From NCBI GenBank assembly GCA_964016885.1, contig OZ024740.1, positions 256,308,001 through 256,372,000 of the forward strand: a stretch of DNA of 64,000 nt, written 5' to 3'. Under the pieces are notes generated by a model. It was not told where the DNA came from and searched no databases. It saw only the letters and a program-made list of their open reading frames with translations. The stretch comes from Eledone cirrhosa (Eukaryota). The position numbers and the translations under genes are program-made. Within the stretch, counting starts at the first letter, position 1. Every line of letters begins with the position of its first letter. Shown here piece by piece: positions 28,801 to 41,247 of the stretch.

Positions 28801-31188
28801 GAACGAAAGCCTTTCGATGGGCTCATGTGGAGGAGGTGCATCGTGGCAACAATGTCATGATCCGGTCTTTGAAGAACCACGATGGTCACATGTTACTCGC
28901 ACCCGGGCAAATGAGTACGGCTCTTCAGCAGCACTTTGCTCAGCTGTTCGGGGGGAAGAAGTGGGTCGGATCGCAGGATGGACTTTAGCGCCTATCTCGA
29001 TGGCCTCCCGCGGATCTCGGCCACATAGACGGAGTGGTACGAAAAGCCGATAACAGCCGCTGAAGTATGGTAGGCAATGACTGACTGCACGATGGGTAAA
29101 TCGCCTGGTTTGGATGGTCTGCTCTACGAGCTTTACGTACACATGACAGACTTGTTCGCCGACCTCTTGGCGGATGTTTGCTGCATCTGGCAGATGAATG
29201 AGAGAGTTCCTAGCTCTGTGAACCGGGGAGAGGTGGCCTTGCTAAGAAAGGGCACTAACAAGGGGGATAACATACATAATTTCAGGCTCATCACTCTGCT
29301 AAACGCAGAGTTCAAGATTTTGAACAATGTGCTACCAAAGAGGTTGGCACTTATCGTCGGTGGTCTGGTGGGAGAGGCGCAGACATGCGCTATTCTAGAC
29401 ATCCATCCACGACAATCTCCACATCATGCGATATATCGTGCAGAGGGTGAGGCCCTGATCAATTTAGATCAATTGAGGCGCTGCCATGCACAGCGAAATC
29501 TGCTCTGTGCTGTGAATGAACGGTCACCTTTTCGAACCTTTCAACATAATGCCCCCTGTCCGCCAAGGTTGTCCCATCTCGTAGTTGTTATATGTATTGA
29601 AACTCGAGCCATTACTGCACAAACTGGAGACGTTGAGGGGCATCCCACATGAACTGGGATGCGGGAGAACCGTGCCAGCATATGCCGATGACGTCACCGC
29701 AGTGGTGTCGAATGCTAAACATATCCAGGTGATCGGCACCACACTAAGAGAATACGAGACGGTGACTGGAGCAATGATCAACCAGGAAAAGTCGGTACGC
29801 CTGCAGACCGCCACCTGGAGAGGCTGGTCAATGCAGTCCAACTGCATCGTCGGGCGCTGGACAGCCGGACCGGTTAAATTGCTATGGGTCTGGTTTGGTC
29901 CAGACCTCCAGATAGACAGAAACTGGGACGTGACGCACAAGATCGCGTCTCTCACCCAGAAATGGGCCGAAAGACGGTTGTCCCTGAAAAGTCGAGCGGA
30001 GGTGGCGGATTCGTACTCCGCGTCCGGCATTTACTACCACATGACCTAAGTCTACTACCACCTGCCTTGTCCTAAGCCTCGTCTGACTGCCCTGGAGCGC
30101 TTGCTCTTTCGCTTTTTGTAGAAGGGACGCACTCCGACAATCATGCGTTTCATCGGCTGTCAACACCCGCTACATGGAGGGCTGGGCATGCTGTGGCTGA
30201 TGATACGCAAAATTCGCTGAGACTACGGCATCCCCATCTCTTCAATGACGGAGAACAGGTGTAGTCGCCGTTTAGTAGACACGTTTTCCTCAGGTCACCT
30301 CCTTGACGGAGCTGCAGTCCTGGTTCAAGCGCCTGGAGACTGGAATGTCTTCAGGTTATCCATTCCTCGACCAGTCGGGCGATGCGATCGGTGAAAGATC
30401 CACCTTGGCGTTCTATAGAGGGTTAGTGGACTGAAAGAGCGGCGACATCCTTGGGAAAACTCAGGGTGTCGACGAACGCCAACTAGTTATAATCTTCCGG
30501 AGGTCTTTTGGTCCAGGACCAATGGATAACTTCCAGAAATCCCTGGCCTGGCAGTGCTACCGGTGAGCGTTGCCGGTTCGAGATGAACTCTACAGGCATC
30601 GAATTGCCGCCACCCTGGCCTCTTCGAGATGTGCGCATTGTGGCCAGACCGTCCTGCACGCATTCCTCCAGTGTCCGAGTATCACTGATTAGTGGGTTTA
30701 TGTCGAACATCTGCTGTTGCCTATAGGATGGATCCGACTATCAGCTGTGTCCATCATGAAGAAGTTTTTACCTGCCTTGTGGCCTTGGTGAAAGAGATCG
30801 TATGGTAGACGCGTCTAAAATGGTTGAAAGCTAGCACTTACCTTTTTGGCAACGCTCTCACTAATTTTTTCAGGTTTCACCTGAAAAGGAAAACCAATTT
30901 GTTGAAATGTGGGTGAAAGAGGCAAGAATAGCCCGTGTAAATTGGCCTACTCTGAGCGTGAGGGGGGAATAACTGAGAGAGGGTGACCGTTGATTTTCTC
31001 CTCGAGTAACCCTTGAAGTCTCCTCACCCTTGGGGAAATGGTTATGTTTGTTTTTTTAAATATTTATTTTCTCAATCTGTTATAAATTCTATTTTACACA
31101 AAAAGCATGCACACTGTATCGTCCTGTAACGTCTTTAATTTCTCCTTAGTGTTAGCCTTGTGTGATTAATAAAGAAATCATTATTATT
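25822..31188 (+). mobile_element. Tx1/L1-clade LINE copy E (full length, heavily decayed)
   Basis: 5' end ggcgacttact...gtgagctccg resembles copy D. ORF1 and ORF2 remnants including YADD. AATAAA and a short ATT tail. Confidence 0.9.
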
Positions 31189-31198
31189 TTTTTTTTTT

Positions 31199-31655
31199 AG
31201 TCTCGGTCATTGATGATATTTAACTGGTAAGATTCTTCAAATGAACGTCAAGCTGCTACTTGAAGCCTCCGATATTCAGGACGTATCGGAGATTTCTTGC
31301 TGTTCCCAGCAAGCATGCCTTTTGAAGTATGCCAAACATGGGGGCTGGACTAATGTTCTTTAACTGTTCTTGAAAACTCTTCGAGATAGTACCTAGTACT
31401 CCTATGACAACCGGGATGACCTTGATCTCATGACAGTCCCAAAGCCTTTGTAATTCCCATTTTAAGACATGTTATCGGTTAATTTTCTCCTCCTTTTCTT
31501 GCATCCATGTGTCAAAGAAGCAGGCTATATCTACAATCATGCACGATCTTTTTTCTTTGTCAAAAACCACCAGGTCAGGCCTATTGTGTTCCAATTTCTT
31601 GTCTGTCTATATCCTGAAAGTCGATAGCAACTTCACTCGATCATTTTCTATCACC
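31199..31655 (-). mobile_element. Dong/R4-type LINE 3' fragment
   Basis: Minus strand encodes RPDLVVFDKEKRSCMIVDIAC, IKVIPVVIGVLG and LQKACLLGTA. Confidence 0.75.
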
Positions 31656-31679
31656 GTAAATGATTTAGTTTGCATCGCG

Positions 31680-31773
31680 CCAAGGTTAACTTGCCTTTCA
31701 TCATTACGGGGTTGATAAAATAAAATACCAGTAATGTACTGGGTAATTGCTGGCCTTATGCCAAAAGTAGAAA
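31680..31773 (+). mobile_element. SINE 3' half
   Basis: aggttaacttgcctttcatc...gataaaataaaataccagt...gctggccttatgccaaaagtagaaa. Confidence 0.75.
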
Positions 31774-31809
31774 TAATAATAATTATTATTATTGTTGTGT
31801 TATTTAGTT

Positions 31810-33830
31810 TAGCTCAGTTCTGTTTCTCTGTTGCCGGGTTCAAGCCTTGAACCAAGGGCAATAGATGTTTTATTGTAGAGAGAGAACTCGTCTGAGAATG
31901 TGTGCTGTTCCTAGTAGCCCAATTTTCTGTAGCTCATATTTGCTGATCTTGCAGGGGAAGGACGCTAAGGTGCAGGTCTGAGGATGTGAGTATTAATCCT
32001 AATGTTCCTATTTCCACAGGGATAATGTTTGTGGTCATCTTCCACATGCGGTTGATCTCTATTTCTAGGTCTTTGCATGTTCACAGTTTTTCTAATGTTT
32101 TCACAGTTGTATTTTTGTCAGTTGGTACAGAAATATTTATAAGGCTACATGTCCGATCTGGTTTTTTCTTTTTTTTTGATGATGTTATCTGGTCTGTTGG
32201 CAGCGATTTCTCGGTCGGTTATCACAGGCATATCCCACAAGATGGATGTTGCCCTTTTCTATGACTTTTTTTGGTTGATGTTCATACCATTTGTCAGAGG
32301 TTTGGATGTCATGAGAGCGGCAGAGCATCCAGTGCGCATATTTGGCAATGAGGTTGTGTCTCTCTATATAGTGAGCTTTTGCCAGCTCTGGACATCCGGA
32401 TATAACATTATCTACTGTTTCCTTATGTTTGTAGCATATTCTGCATAGAGGGATAGTCCCATCTTTCACTATTCTGTCTATAGGCCCGTATGTTTAGAGA
32501 TTGGTCTTGTGCAGCAACTAAGAGTCCCCCAGTCTCTGTTTTCAAACCAGCACTTCTGAGCCAGGATAGTGAGCCATGCTGATCAATATCATTGTCAGAA
32601 AGACGTTCTGGAAATCTACCATGTAGTGGTTTTGACTTCCATGGTTTAGTTACTCTGTTTGAAGTTTCTTTGCTTTGATCTTCACAGTCATAGCTGTACA
32701 GCCATCTGTTGTTGATTTTCCATGGGTATGTCTTGTTCCATGTTCAGCTTTTGCCTAAATTATCTTGCCTCTTTTCTTATTGAATGTAGTTTTTTAATTC
32801 GTTCATGCTTGAGTACAGGCTTGAGTTTATCTCGAGTCTGGTGGAGGTAGCTATCCAATCCAATGGTTGCTGTTTTGTATGCAGCCTCCAGTTGTCAGAG
32901 CCCCCTTCCACCTTCTCTCCTTGAGATATACAGCCTATGTACATCGTCTTTAGGGTGGTGCATTTCTTCCCTTGTCAAAAGTTTCCTTGTCACAGTGTCC
33001 AACCTTTGTAGTTCTTGCAGGTTCCAGTTTACGATATTAAAGCTCTATGTTACAAATTATACTGCTAGACTGTTAATGGCTTTGAACTTGTTGCAGGAGT
33101 TTAGCTCACTTTTTATTACCAGTCTCACTCTCCTTATGTACTCCTACCGTATCTTTTCCTTCATACTTGCATGCTGGATTCCATCTCCTTCATTAACGCC
33201 AATATATTTGTAGAACTCTTCATTGTTAAGTTACTTTGTGGTAGTTTGTTGGTCTATGACAATATCTTTATGGTTAGAGAGCAACCCTCTCTTGAATGTA
33301 GCTTTTGCACACTTGTCCAGTCCATATTCTATATGGATGTCCTCACTGAATTATTTCACTGTGTGCAGTAAACCTTCCAACTGCCCATCATTGTTTCCAA
33401 ATAGCTTGATATCATCCATAAAACGAGGGTACTGTAGTGTCTGATATCTATTTTATATCCATAGCATGTCCTCTGTAACTGACAATGAGTCACCTTCAAT
33501 ATTCCACGATCAATCTTGATCTATCTAGATTCCAGTGGTCCGTTTTGGTGTTGAGGACCATCGTAGTTTTCCAGTGTGTCATCATTGCCTTCAGGAAATA
33601 TGTTATCCCCGGTGTCCTGTGATACATTTCTAGTGTCTTTATGATCCATGAATGAGGTACGCTGTCGAATGCCTTCTTGTAGTCTCTCAATCCATTGACA
33701 GGTTTTTCTTTTTCTGTTCGCAGTTTTCCGATAAGAGTCTATTTATCAGTAGCTGATCTTTGCACCCATAACTCCCTCGTTTACAGCCTTTTTGTTCAGG
33801 TGGCAATAGATCTTCACAGACGAGGTAATT
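31810..33830 (-). mobile_element. Dong/R4-type LINE remnant (RT, CCHC, RLE)
   Basis: DYKKAFDSVPHSWI, MDDIKLF, YKYIG, EGGRGL, WLRSAGLKTETGG, LCRIC....ETVDNVISGCPELA...Y.ERHN. Confidence 0.85.
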
Positions 33831-34395
33831 GCATTAATAATAATAATAATAATTATTATTATTATTAATATTATATAGTTTATATGTAGACACACGTATA
33901 AACACACAAACTCACGCAGGCACGCACACACACACACACACACACACATACACACACACACACACACATACACACACACATCTACACACACAAACACAAG
34001 GTGCTGTTGGGTTACTAATAAAGAGTATTTAGAAATGTAATGGAAACACAAACATAAGACAATTCCCCTCTTCAGTTGTTTGCTGTGGGTCTCTGATGTT
34101 TCGACGCATTAAAGACAATACATCTATCCATAGTGCGTTAATAACTTCAGTTAGTTATTAGGGAAGGAAAAGACAAAATAGAAAAAAAAGAGACCATAGT
34201 GAGAGAAAGAAAATAAACAGAAGAAAAAAAAATTACCGATAGAGAGGAGGATAAAGGGTATAGATGGTGGGAGAGAAAGAGGATAAGTGTATGCATTCAT
34301 ACACACCTCTGTTATGAAACACGCTGTACTAGTGCTACTACTAATATGTATATATATTTTCTACACACACGCACACTTACACACACACATGTATG

Positions 34396-34470
<75 letters not shown>

Positions 34471-34475
<5 letters not shown>

Positions 34476-35534
34476 TATAGACATAGAATATTCGAAAATA
34501 TTCTGTATGTTTATAATAAACATTTTGAAGACCTAATCGCTATAGAATAGAATACGTCACGTATTACAATTAGATTCTCGATAAAAGCAAGGGAAGTAAT
34601 CTACGCGTTTCATTCTCGTTAGAAATCATCAGGACTACATATCCAGTGCTTTTATCGAGAATGACACAGCTAGAGACTTATAGAATACTTAGCTGTGTAC
34701 AGGAACTGGTTTGAAAGAGCGGTTGCCGGTCCGGCAGAAATTAGAAATTGGAATAAATGCTCTGAAATAGCGATATATATGTGAATATAGACATAGAATA
34801 TTCGAAAATATTCTGTATGTTTATAATAAACATTTTGAAGACCTAATCGCTATAGAATAGAATACGTCACGTATTACAATTAGATTCTCGATAAAAGCAA
34901 GGGAAGTAATCTACGCGTTTCATTCTCGTTAGAAATCATCAGGACTACATATCCAGTGCTTTTATCGAGAATGACACAGCTAGAGACTTATAGAATACTT
35001 AGCTGTGTACAGGAACTGGTTTGAAAGAGCGGTTGCCGGTCCGGCAGAAATTAGAAATTGGAATAAATGCTCTGAAATAGCGATATATATGTGAATATAG
35101 ACATAGAATATTCGAAAATATTCTGTATGTTTATAATAAACATTTTGAAGACCTAATCGCTATAGAATAGAATACGTCACGTATTACAATTAGATTCTCG
35201 ATAAAAGCAAGGGAAGTAATCTACGCGTTTCATTCTCGTTAGAAATCATCAGGACTACATATCCAGTGCTTTTATCGAGAATGACACAGCTAGAGACTTA
35301 TAGAATACTTAGCTGTGTACAGGAACTGGTTTGAAAGAGCGGTTGCCGGTCCGGCAGAAATTAGAAATTGGAATAAATGCTCTGAAATAGCGATATATAT
35401 GTGAATATAGACATAGAATATTCGAAAATATTCTGTATGTTTATAATAAACATTTTGAAGACCTAATCGCTATAGAATAGAATACGTCACGTATTACAAT
35501 TAGATTCTCGATAAAAGCAAGGGAAGTAATCTAC
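34471..35534 (-). repeat. 310-bp retrozyme-like tandem array, left arm (~3.4 units; HHRs at 34596-34638, 34906-34948, 35216-35258)
   Basis: tgaatatagacatag recurs at 34472, 34782, 35092 and 35402. Exact reverse complement of the right-arm unit. Confidence 0.95.
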
Positions 35535-35536
35535 CC

Positions 35537-38500
35537 CCCTTGCTTTTATCGAGAATCTAATTGTAATACGTGACGTATTCTATTCTATAGCGATTAGGTC
35601 TTCAAAATGTTTATTATAAACATACAGAATATTTTCGAATATTCTATGTCTATATTCACATATATATCGCTATTTCAGAGCATTTATTCCAATTTCTAAT
35701 TTCTGCCGGACCGGCAACCGCTCTTTCAAACCAGTTCCTGTACACAGCTAAGTATTCTATAAGTCTCTAGCTGTGTCATTCTCGATAAAAGCACTGGATA
35801 TGTAGTCCTGATGATTTCTAACGAGAATGAAACGCGTAGATTACTTCCCTTGCTTTTATCGAGAATCTAATTGTAATACGTGACGTATTCTATTCTATAG
35901 CGATTAGGTCTTCAAAATGTTTATTATAAACATACAGAATATTTTCGAATATTCTATGTCTATATTCACATATATATCGCTATTTCAGAGCATTTATTCC
36001 AATTTCTAATTTCTGCCGGACCGGCAACCGCTCTTTCAAACCAGTTCCTGTACACAGCTAAGTATTCTATAAGTCTCTAGCTGTGTCATTCTCGATAAAA
36101 GCACTGGATATGTAGTCCTGATGATTTCTAACGAGAATGAAACGCGTAGATTACTTCCCTTGCTTTTATCGAGAATCTAATTGTAATACGTGACGTATTC
36201 TATTCTATAGCGATTAGGTCTTCAAAATGTTTATTATAAACATACAGAATATTTTCGAATATTCTATGTCTATATTCACATATATATCGCTATTTCAGAG
36301 CATTTATTCCAATTTCTAATTTCTGCCGGACCGGCAACCGCTCTTTCAAACCAGTTCCTGTACACAGCTAAGTATTCTATAAGTCTCTAGCTGTGTCATT
36401 CTCGATAAAAGCACTGGATATGTAGTCCTGATGATTTCTAACGAGAATGAAACGCGTAGATTACTTCCCTTGCTTTTATCGAGAATCTAATTGTAATACG
36501 TGACGTATTCTATTCTATAGCGATTAGGTCTTCAAAATGTTTATTATAAACATACAGAATATTTTCGAATATTCTATGTCTATATTCACATATATATCGC
36601 TATTTCAGAGCATTTATTCCAATTTCTAATTTCTGCCGGACCGGCAACCGCTCTTTCAAACCAGTTCCTGTACACAGCTAAGTATTCTATAAGTCTCTAG
36701 CTGTGTCATTCTCGATAAAAGCACTGGATATGTAGTCCTGATGATTTCTAACGAGAATGAAACGCGTAGATTACTTCCCTTGCTTTTATCGAGAATCTAA
36801 TTGTAATACGTGACGTATTCTATTCTATAGCGATTAGGTCTTCAAAATGTTTATTATAAACATACAGAATATTTTCGAATATTCTATGTCTATATTCACA
36901 TATATATCGCTATTTCAGAGCATTTATTCCAATTTCTAATTTCTGCCGGACCGGCAACCGCTCTTTCAAACCAGTTCCTGTACACAGCTAAGTATTCTAT
37001 AAGTCTCTAGCTGTGTCATTCTCGATAAAAGCACTGGATATGTAGTCCTGATGATTTCTAACGAGAATGAAACGCGTAGATTACTTCCCTTGCTTTTATC
37101 GAGAATCTAATTGTAATACGTGACGTATTCTATTCTATAGCGATTAGGTCTTCAAAATGTTTATTATAAACATACAGAATATTTTCGAATATTCTATGTC
37201 TATATTCACATATATATCGCTATTTCAGAGCATTTATTCCAATTTCTAATTTCTGCCGGACCGGCAACCGCTCTTTCAAACCAGTTCCTGTACACAGCTA
37301 AGTATTCTATAAGTCTCTAGCTGTGTCATTCTCGATAAAAGCACTGGATATGTAGTCCTGATGATTTCTAACGAGAATGAAACGCGTAGATTACTTCCCT
37401 TGCTTTTATCGAGAATCTAATTGTAATACGTGACGTATTCTATTCTATAGCGATTAGGTCTTCAAAATGTTTATTATAAACATACAGAATATTTTCGAAT
37501 ATTCTATGTCTATATTCACATATATATCGCTATTTCAGAGCATTTATTCCAATTTCTAATTTCTGCCGGACCGGCAACCGCTCTTTCAAACCAGTTCCTG
37601 TACACAGCTAAGTATTCTATAAGTCTCTAGCTGTGTCATTCTCGATAAAAGCACTGGATATGTAGTCCTGATGATTTCTAACGAGAATGAAACGCGTAGA
37701 TTACTTCCCTTGCTTTTATCGAGAATCTAATTGTAATACGTGACGTATTCTATTCTATAGCGATTAGGTCTTCAAAATGTTTATTATAAACATACAGAAT
37801 ATTTTCGAATATTCTATGTCTATATTCACATATATATCGCTATTTCAGAGCATTTATTCCAATTTCTAATTTCTGCCGGACCGGCAACCGCTCTTTCAAA
37901 CCAGTTCCTGTACACAGCTAAGTATTCTATAAGTCTCTAGCTGTGTCATTCTCGATAAAAGCACTGGATATGTAGTCCTGATGATTTCTAACGAGAATGA
38001 AACGCGTAGATTACTTCCCTTGCTTTTATCGAGAATCTAATTGTAATACGTGACGTATTCTATTCTATAGCGATTAGGTCTTCAAAATGTTTATTATAAA
38101 CATACAGAATATTTTCGAATATTCTATGTCTATATTCACATATATATCGCTATTTCAGAGCATTTATTCCAATTTCTAATTTCTGCCGGACCGGCAACCG
38201 CTCTTTCAAACCAGTTCCTGTACACAGCTAAGTATTCTATAAGTCTCTAGCTGTGTCATTCTCGATAAAAGCACTGGATATGTAGTCCTGATGATTTCTA
38301 ACGAGAATGAAACGCGTAGATTACTTCCCTTGCTTTTATCGAGAATCTAATTGTAATACGTGACGTATTCTATTCTATAGCGATTAGGTCTTCAAAATGT
38401 TTATTATAAACATACAGAATATTTTCGAATATTCTATGTCTATATTCACATATATATCGCTATTTCAGAGCATTTATTCCAATTTCTAATTTCTGCCGGA

Positions 38501-40027
38501 CCGGCAACCGCTCTTTCAAACCAGTTCCTGTACACAGCTAAGTATTCTATAAGTCTCTAGCTGTGTCATTCTCGATAAAAGCACTGGATATGTAGTCCTG
38601 ATGATTTCTAACGAGAATGAAACGCGTAGATTACTTCCCTTGCTTTTATCGAGAATCTAATTGTAATACGTGACGTATTCTATTCTATAGCGATTAGGTC
38701 TTCAAAATGTTTATTATAAACATACAGAATATTTTCGAATATTCTATGTCTATATTCACATATATATCGCTATTTCAGAGCATTTATTCCAATTTCTAAT
38801 TTCTGCCGGACCGGCAACCGCTCTTTCAAACCAGTTCCTGTACACAGCTAAGTATTCTATAAGTCTCTAGCTGTGTCATTCTCGATAAAAGCACTGGATA
38901 TGTAGTCCTGATGATTTCTAACGAGAATGAAACGCGTAGATTACTTCCCTTGCTTTTATCGAGAATCTAATTGTAATACGTGACGTATTCTATTCTATAG
39001 CGATTAGGTCTTCAAAATGTTTATTATAAACATACAGAATATTTTCGAATATTCTATGTCTATATTCACATATATATCGCTATTTAAGAGCATTTATTCC
39101 AATTTCTAATTTCTGCCGGACCGGCAACCGCTCTTTCAAACCAGTTCCTGTACACAGCTAAGTATTCTATAAGTCTCTAGCTGTGTCATTCTCGATAAAA
39201 GCACTGGATATGTAGTCCTGATGATTTCTAACGAGAATGAAACGCGTAGATTACTTTCCTTGCTTTTATCGAGAATCTAATTGTAATACGTGACGTATTC
39301 TATTCTATAGCGATTAGGTCTTCAAAATGTTTATTATAAACATACAGAATATTTTCGAATATTCTATGTCTATATTCACATATATATCGCTATTTCAGAG
39401 CATTTATTCCAATTTCTAATTTCTGCCGGACCGGCAACCGCTCTTTCAAACCAGTTCCTGTACACAGCTAAGTATTCTATAAGTCTCTAGCTGTGTCATT
39501 CTCGATAAAAGCACTGGATATGTAGTCCTGATGATTTCTAACGAGAATGAAACGCGTAGATTACTTCCCTTGCTTTTATCGAGAATCTAATTGTAATACG
39601 TGACGTATTCTATTCTATAGCGATTAGGTCTTCAAAATGTTTATTATAAACATACAGAATATTTTCGAATATTCTATGTCTATATTCACATATATATCGC
39701 TATTTCAGAGCATTTATTCCAATTTCTAATTTCTGCCGGACCGGCAACCGCTCTTTCAAACCAGTTCCTGTACACAGCTAAGTATTCTATAAGTCTCTAG
39801 CTGTGTCATTCTCGATAAAAGCACTGGATATGTAGTCCTGATGATTTCTAACGATAATGAAACGCGTAGATTACTTCCCTTGCTTTTATCGAGAATCTAA
39901 TTGTAATACGTGACGTATTCTATTCTATAGCGATTAGGTCTTCAAAATGTTTATTATAAACATACAGAATATTTTCGAATATTCTATGTCTATATTCACA
40001 TATATATCGCTATTTCAGAGCATTTAT

Positions 40028-40033
<6 letters not shown>
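35537..40033 (+). repeat. 310-bp retrozyme-like tandem array, right arm (~14.5 units; 14 HHRs at 35802+310k, k=0-13)
   Basis: Period is exactly 310. I saw only 3 substitutions (39086, 39257, 39855). Confidence 0.95.
35802..35844 (+). ncRNA. Type I hammerhead ribozyme (representative copy in the array)
   Basis: GTAGTC-CTGATGA-T-TTCT-aacg-AGAA-T-GAAA-CGCG-TA-GATTAC, predicted cut after 35838. Stem I continues past an internal loop with 16 perfect pairs (35778-35793 / 35851-35866). Confidence 0.9.
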
Positions 40034-40060
<27 letters not shown>

Positions 40061-40063
<3 letters not shown>

Positions 40064-40556
40064 AAAGTGTGTGTTCCTACATGTAATTAATACACACAGG
40101 GATACAAGTATAGTCCGACCATATGCCAGTGTGGTTCAATGGCAAGTTAATAAATTAACAAGCCAGAACATACACGGTACCATGACAAAACTGCTTTATC
40201 ATTCATTTGCTCTCATTCAAAGGCAGTTTCGAATGGCGCCAGTTTAAAATTTTTAACACCGGAATTTTATATTCTCCGAGAGAAAAATGCCTTCTGACCA
40301 TAATCTCTTTCTTAATGGAAATCCGCCTGGATTATCTATTCTTTTAGGATTTGAAACCGCGGTAAGGGCACATATAGTAAGTGCAGTGAATTTTTTAAAA
40401 TTTATCTTGGAATTTTTTCCATATTTGCTTTCCTTTGATTTTATATGTTCTGGCTTGTTAATTTAATAACTTGCCATTGAACCACACAGGCATCTGGTCG
40501 GACTATACTTGTGTCCCTGTGTGTATTAATTACATGTAGGAACACATATTTTTATT
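40061..40556. repeat. ~110-bp inverted repeats (40061-40171 / 40444-40556) enclosing a family-C monomer
   Basis: gtgttcctacatgtaattaatacacacaggga...aagccagaacata and its reverse complement. Confidence 0.8.
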
Positions 40557-40916
40557 ATTATTCTCCCCAATGGTAGAGAAAACTTTGGTCGTTTGAGTGG
40601 CTGCTATTTTTAGCAGTACAGGAGTGACTTGTCCACCGTGCTTCGACTTTGCACACGGTACCATGACATAACTGCTTTATCACTAATTTGCTCTCATTCT
40701 GAAGCTGTTTCGAATGGCGCCAGTTTGAAAATTTTAACTCAGGAATTTTATATTCCCCGAGAGAGAAATGCCTTCTGACGATGATCTCTTTCTCAATGTT
40801 AATTGTCTATTCGTTTGGGATTTGAAACCGCGGTAAGGGCAAATATAGTAAGTACAGTGAATTTAAAAAAATTTATTCTGTAATTTTTTCTATTTTTGCT
40901 TTCCCTTGATTTTATA
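40172..40916 (+). mobile_element. Two diverged direct copies (40172-40445, 40653-40916) of a ~270-bp HHR-bearing element (family C)
   Basis: HHR at 40769-40841: TGCCTT-CTGACGA-TGATCTC...GGGATTT-GAAA-CCGCGG-TA-AGGGCA. The copy at 40288-40370 has CTGACCA (G8C). Confidence 0.8.
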
Positions 40917-41008
40917 TATATATATATAAATCAAGGGAAAGCAAAAATAGAAAAATTCCAAAATAAATTTTTTAAAATCCCAAACGCATAGACAATTAAC
41001 ATTGAGAA

Positions 41009-41071
<63 letters not shown>

Positions 41072-41177
41072 TATTGAAGTTTCCGTTGAAAACAGAAAAA
41101 TCATAGGAGTGAAGAGTGCTCTATGTAAGTACCAGAGCAAAATTTAATGTATAAAAAACAACAATACAATATAATTA

Positions 41178-41247
41178 CCTCATTACCAGAGGTTTCCTGA
41201 ATAAGGCGAATACGAAAGAAACGTCTTCATTCGTTCGTCGGACGAGG
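41178..41247 (-). ncRNA. Degenerate hammerhead downstream of the minus-strand PLE
   Basis: CCTCGT-CCGACGA-...-GAAA-CC-tct-GG-TA-ATGAGG (U4C change, ragged stem II). Confidence 0.55.

Noticed and set aside
34471-40033. CRISPR array or protein-coding repeat
   Set aside because: Units are identical with no variable spacers, there are no cas genes, no long ORF, and the context is eukaryotic.
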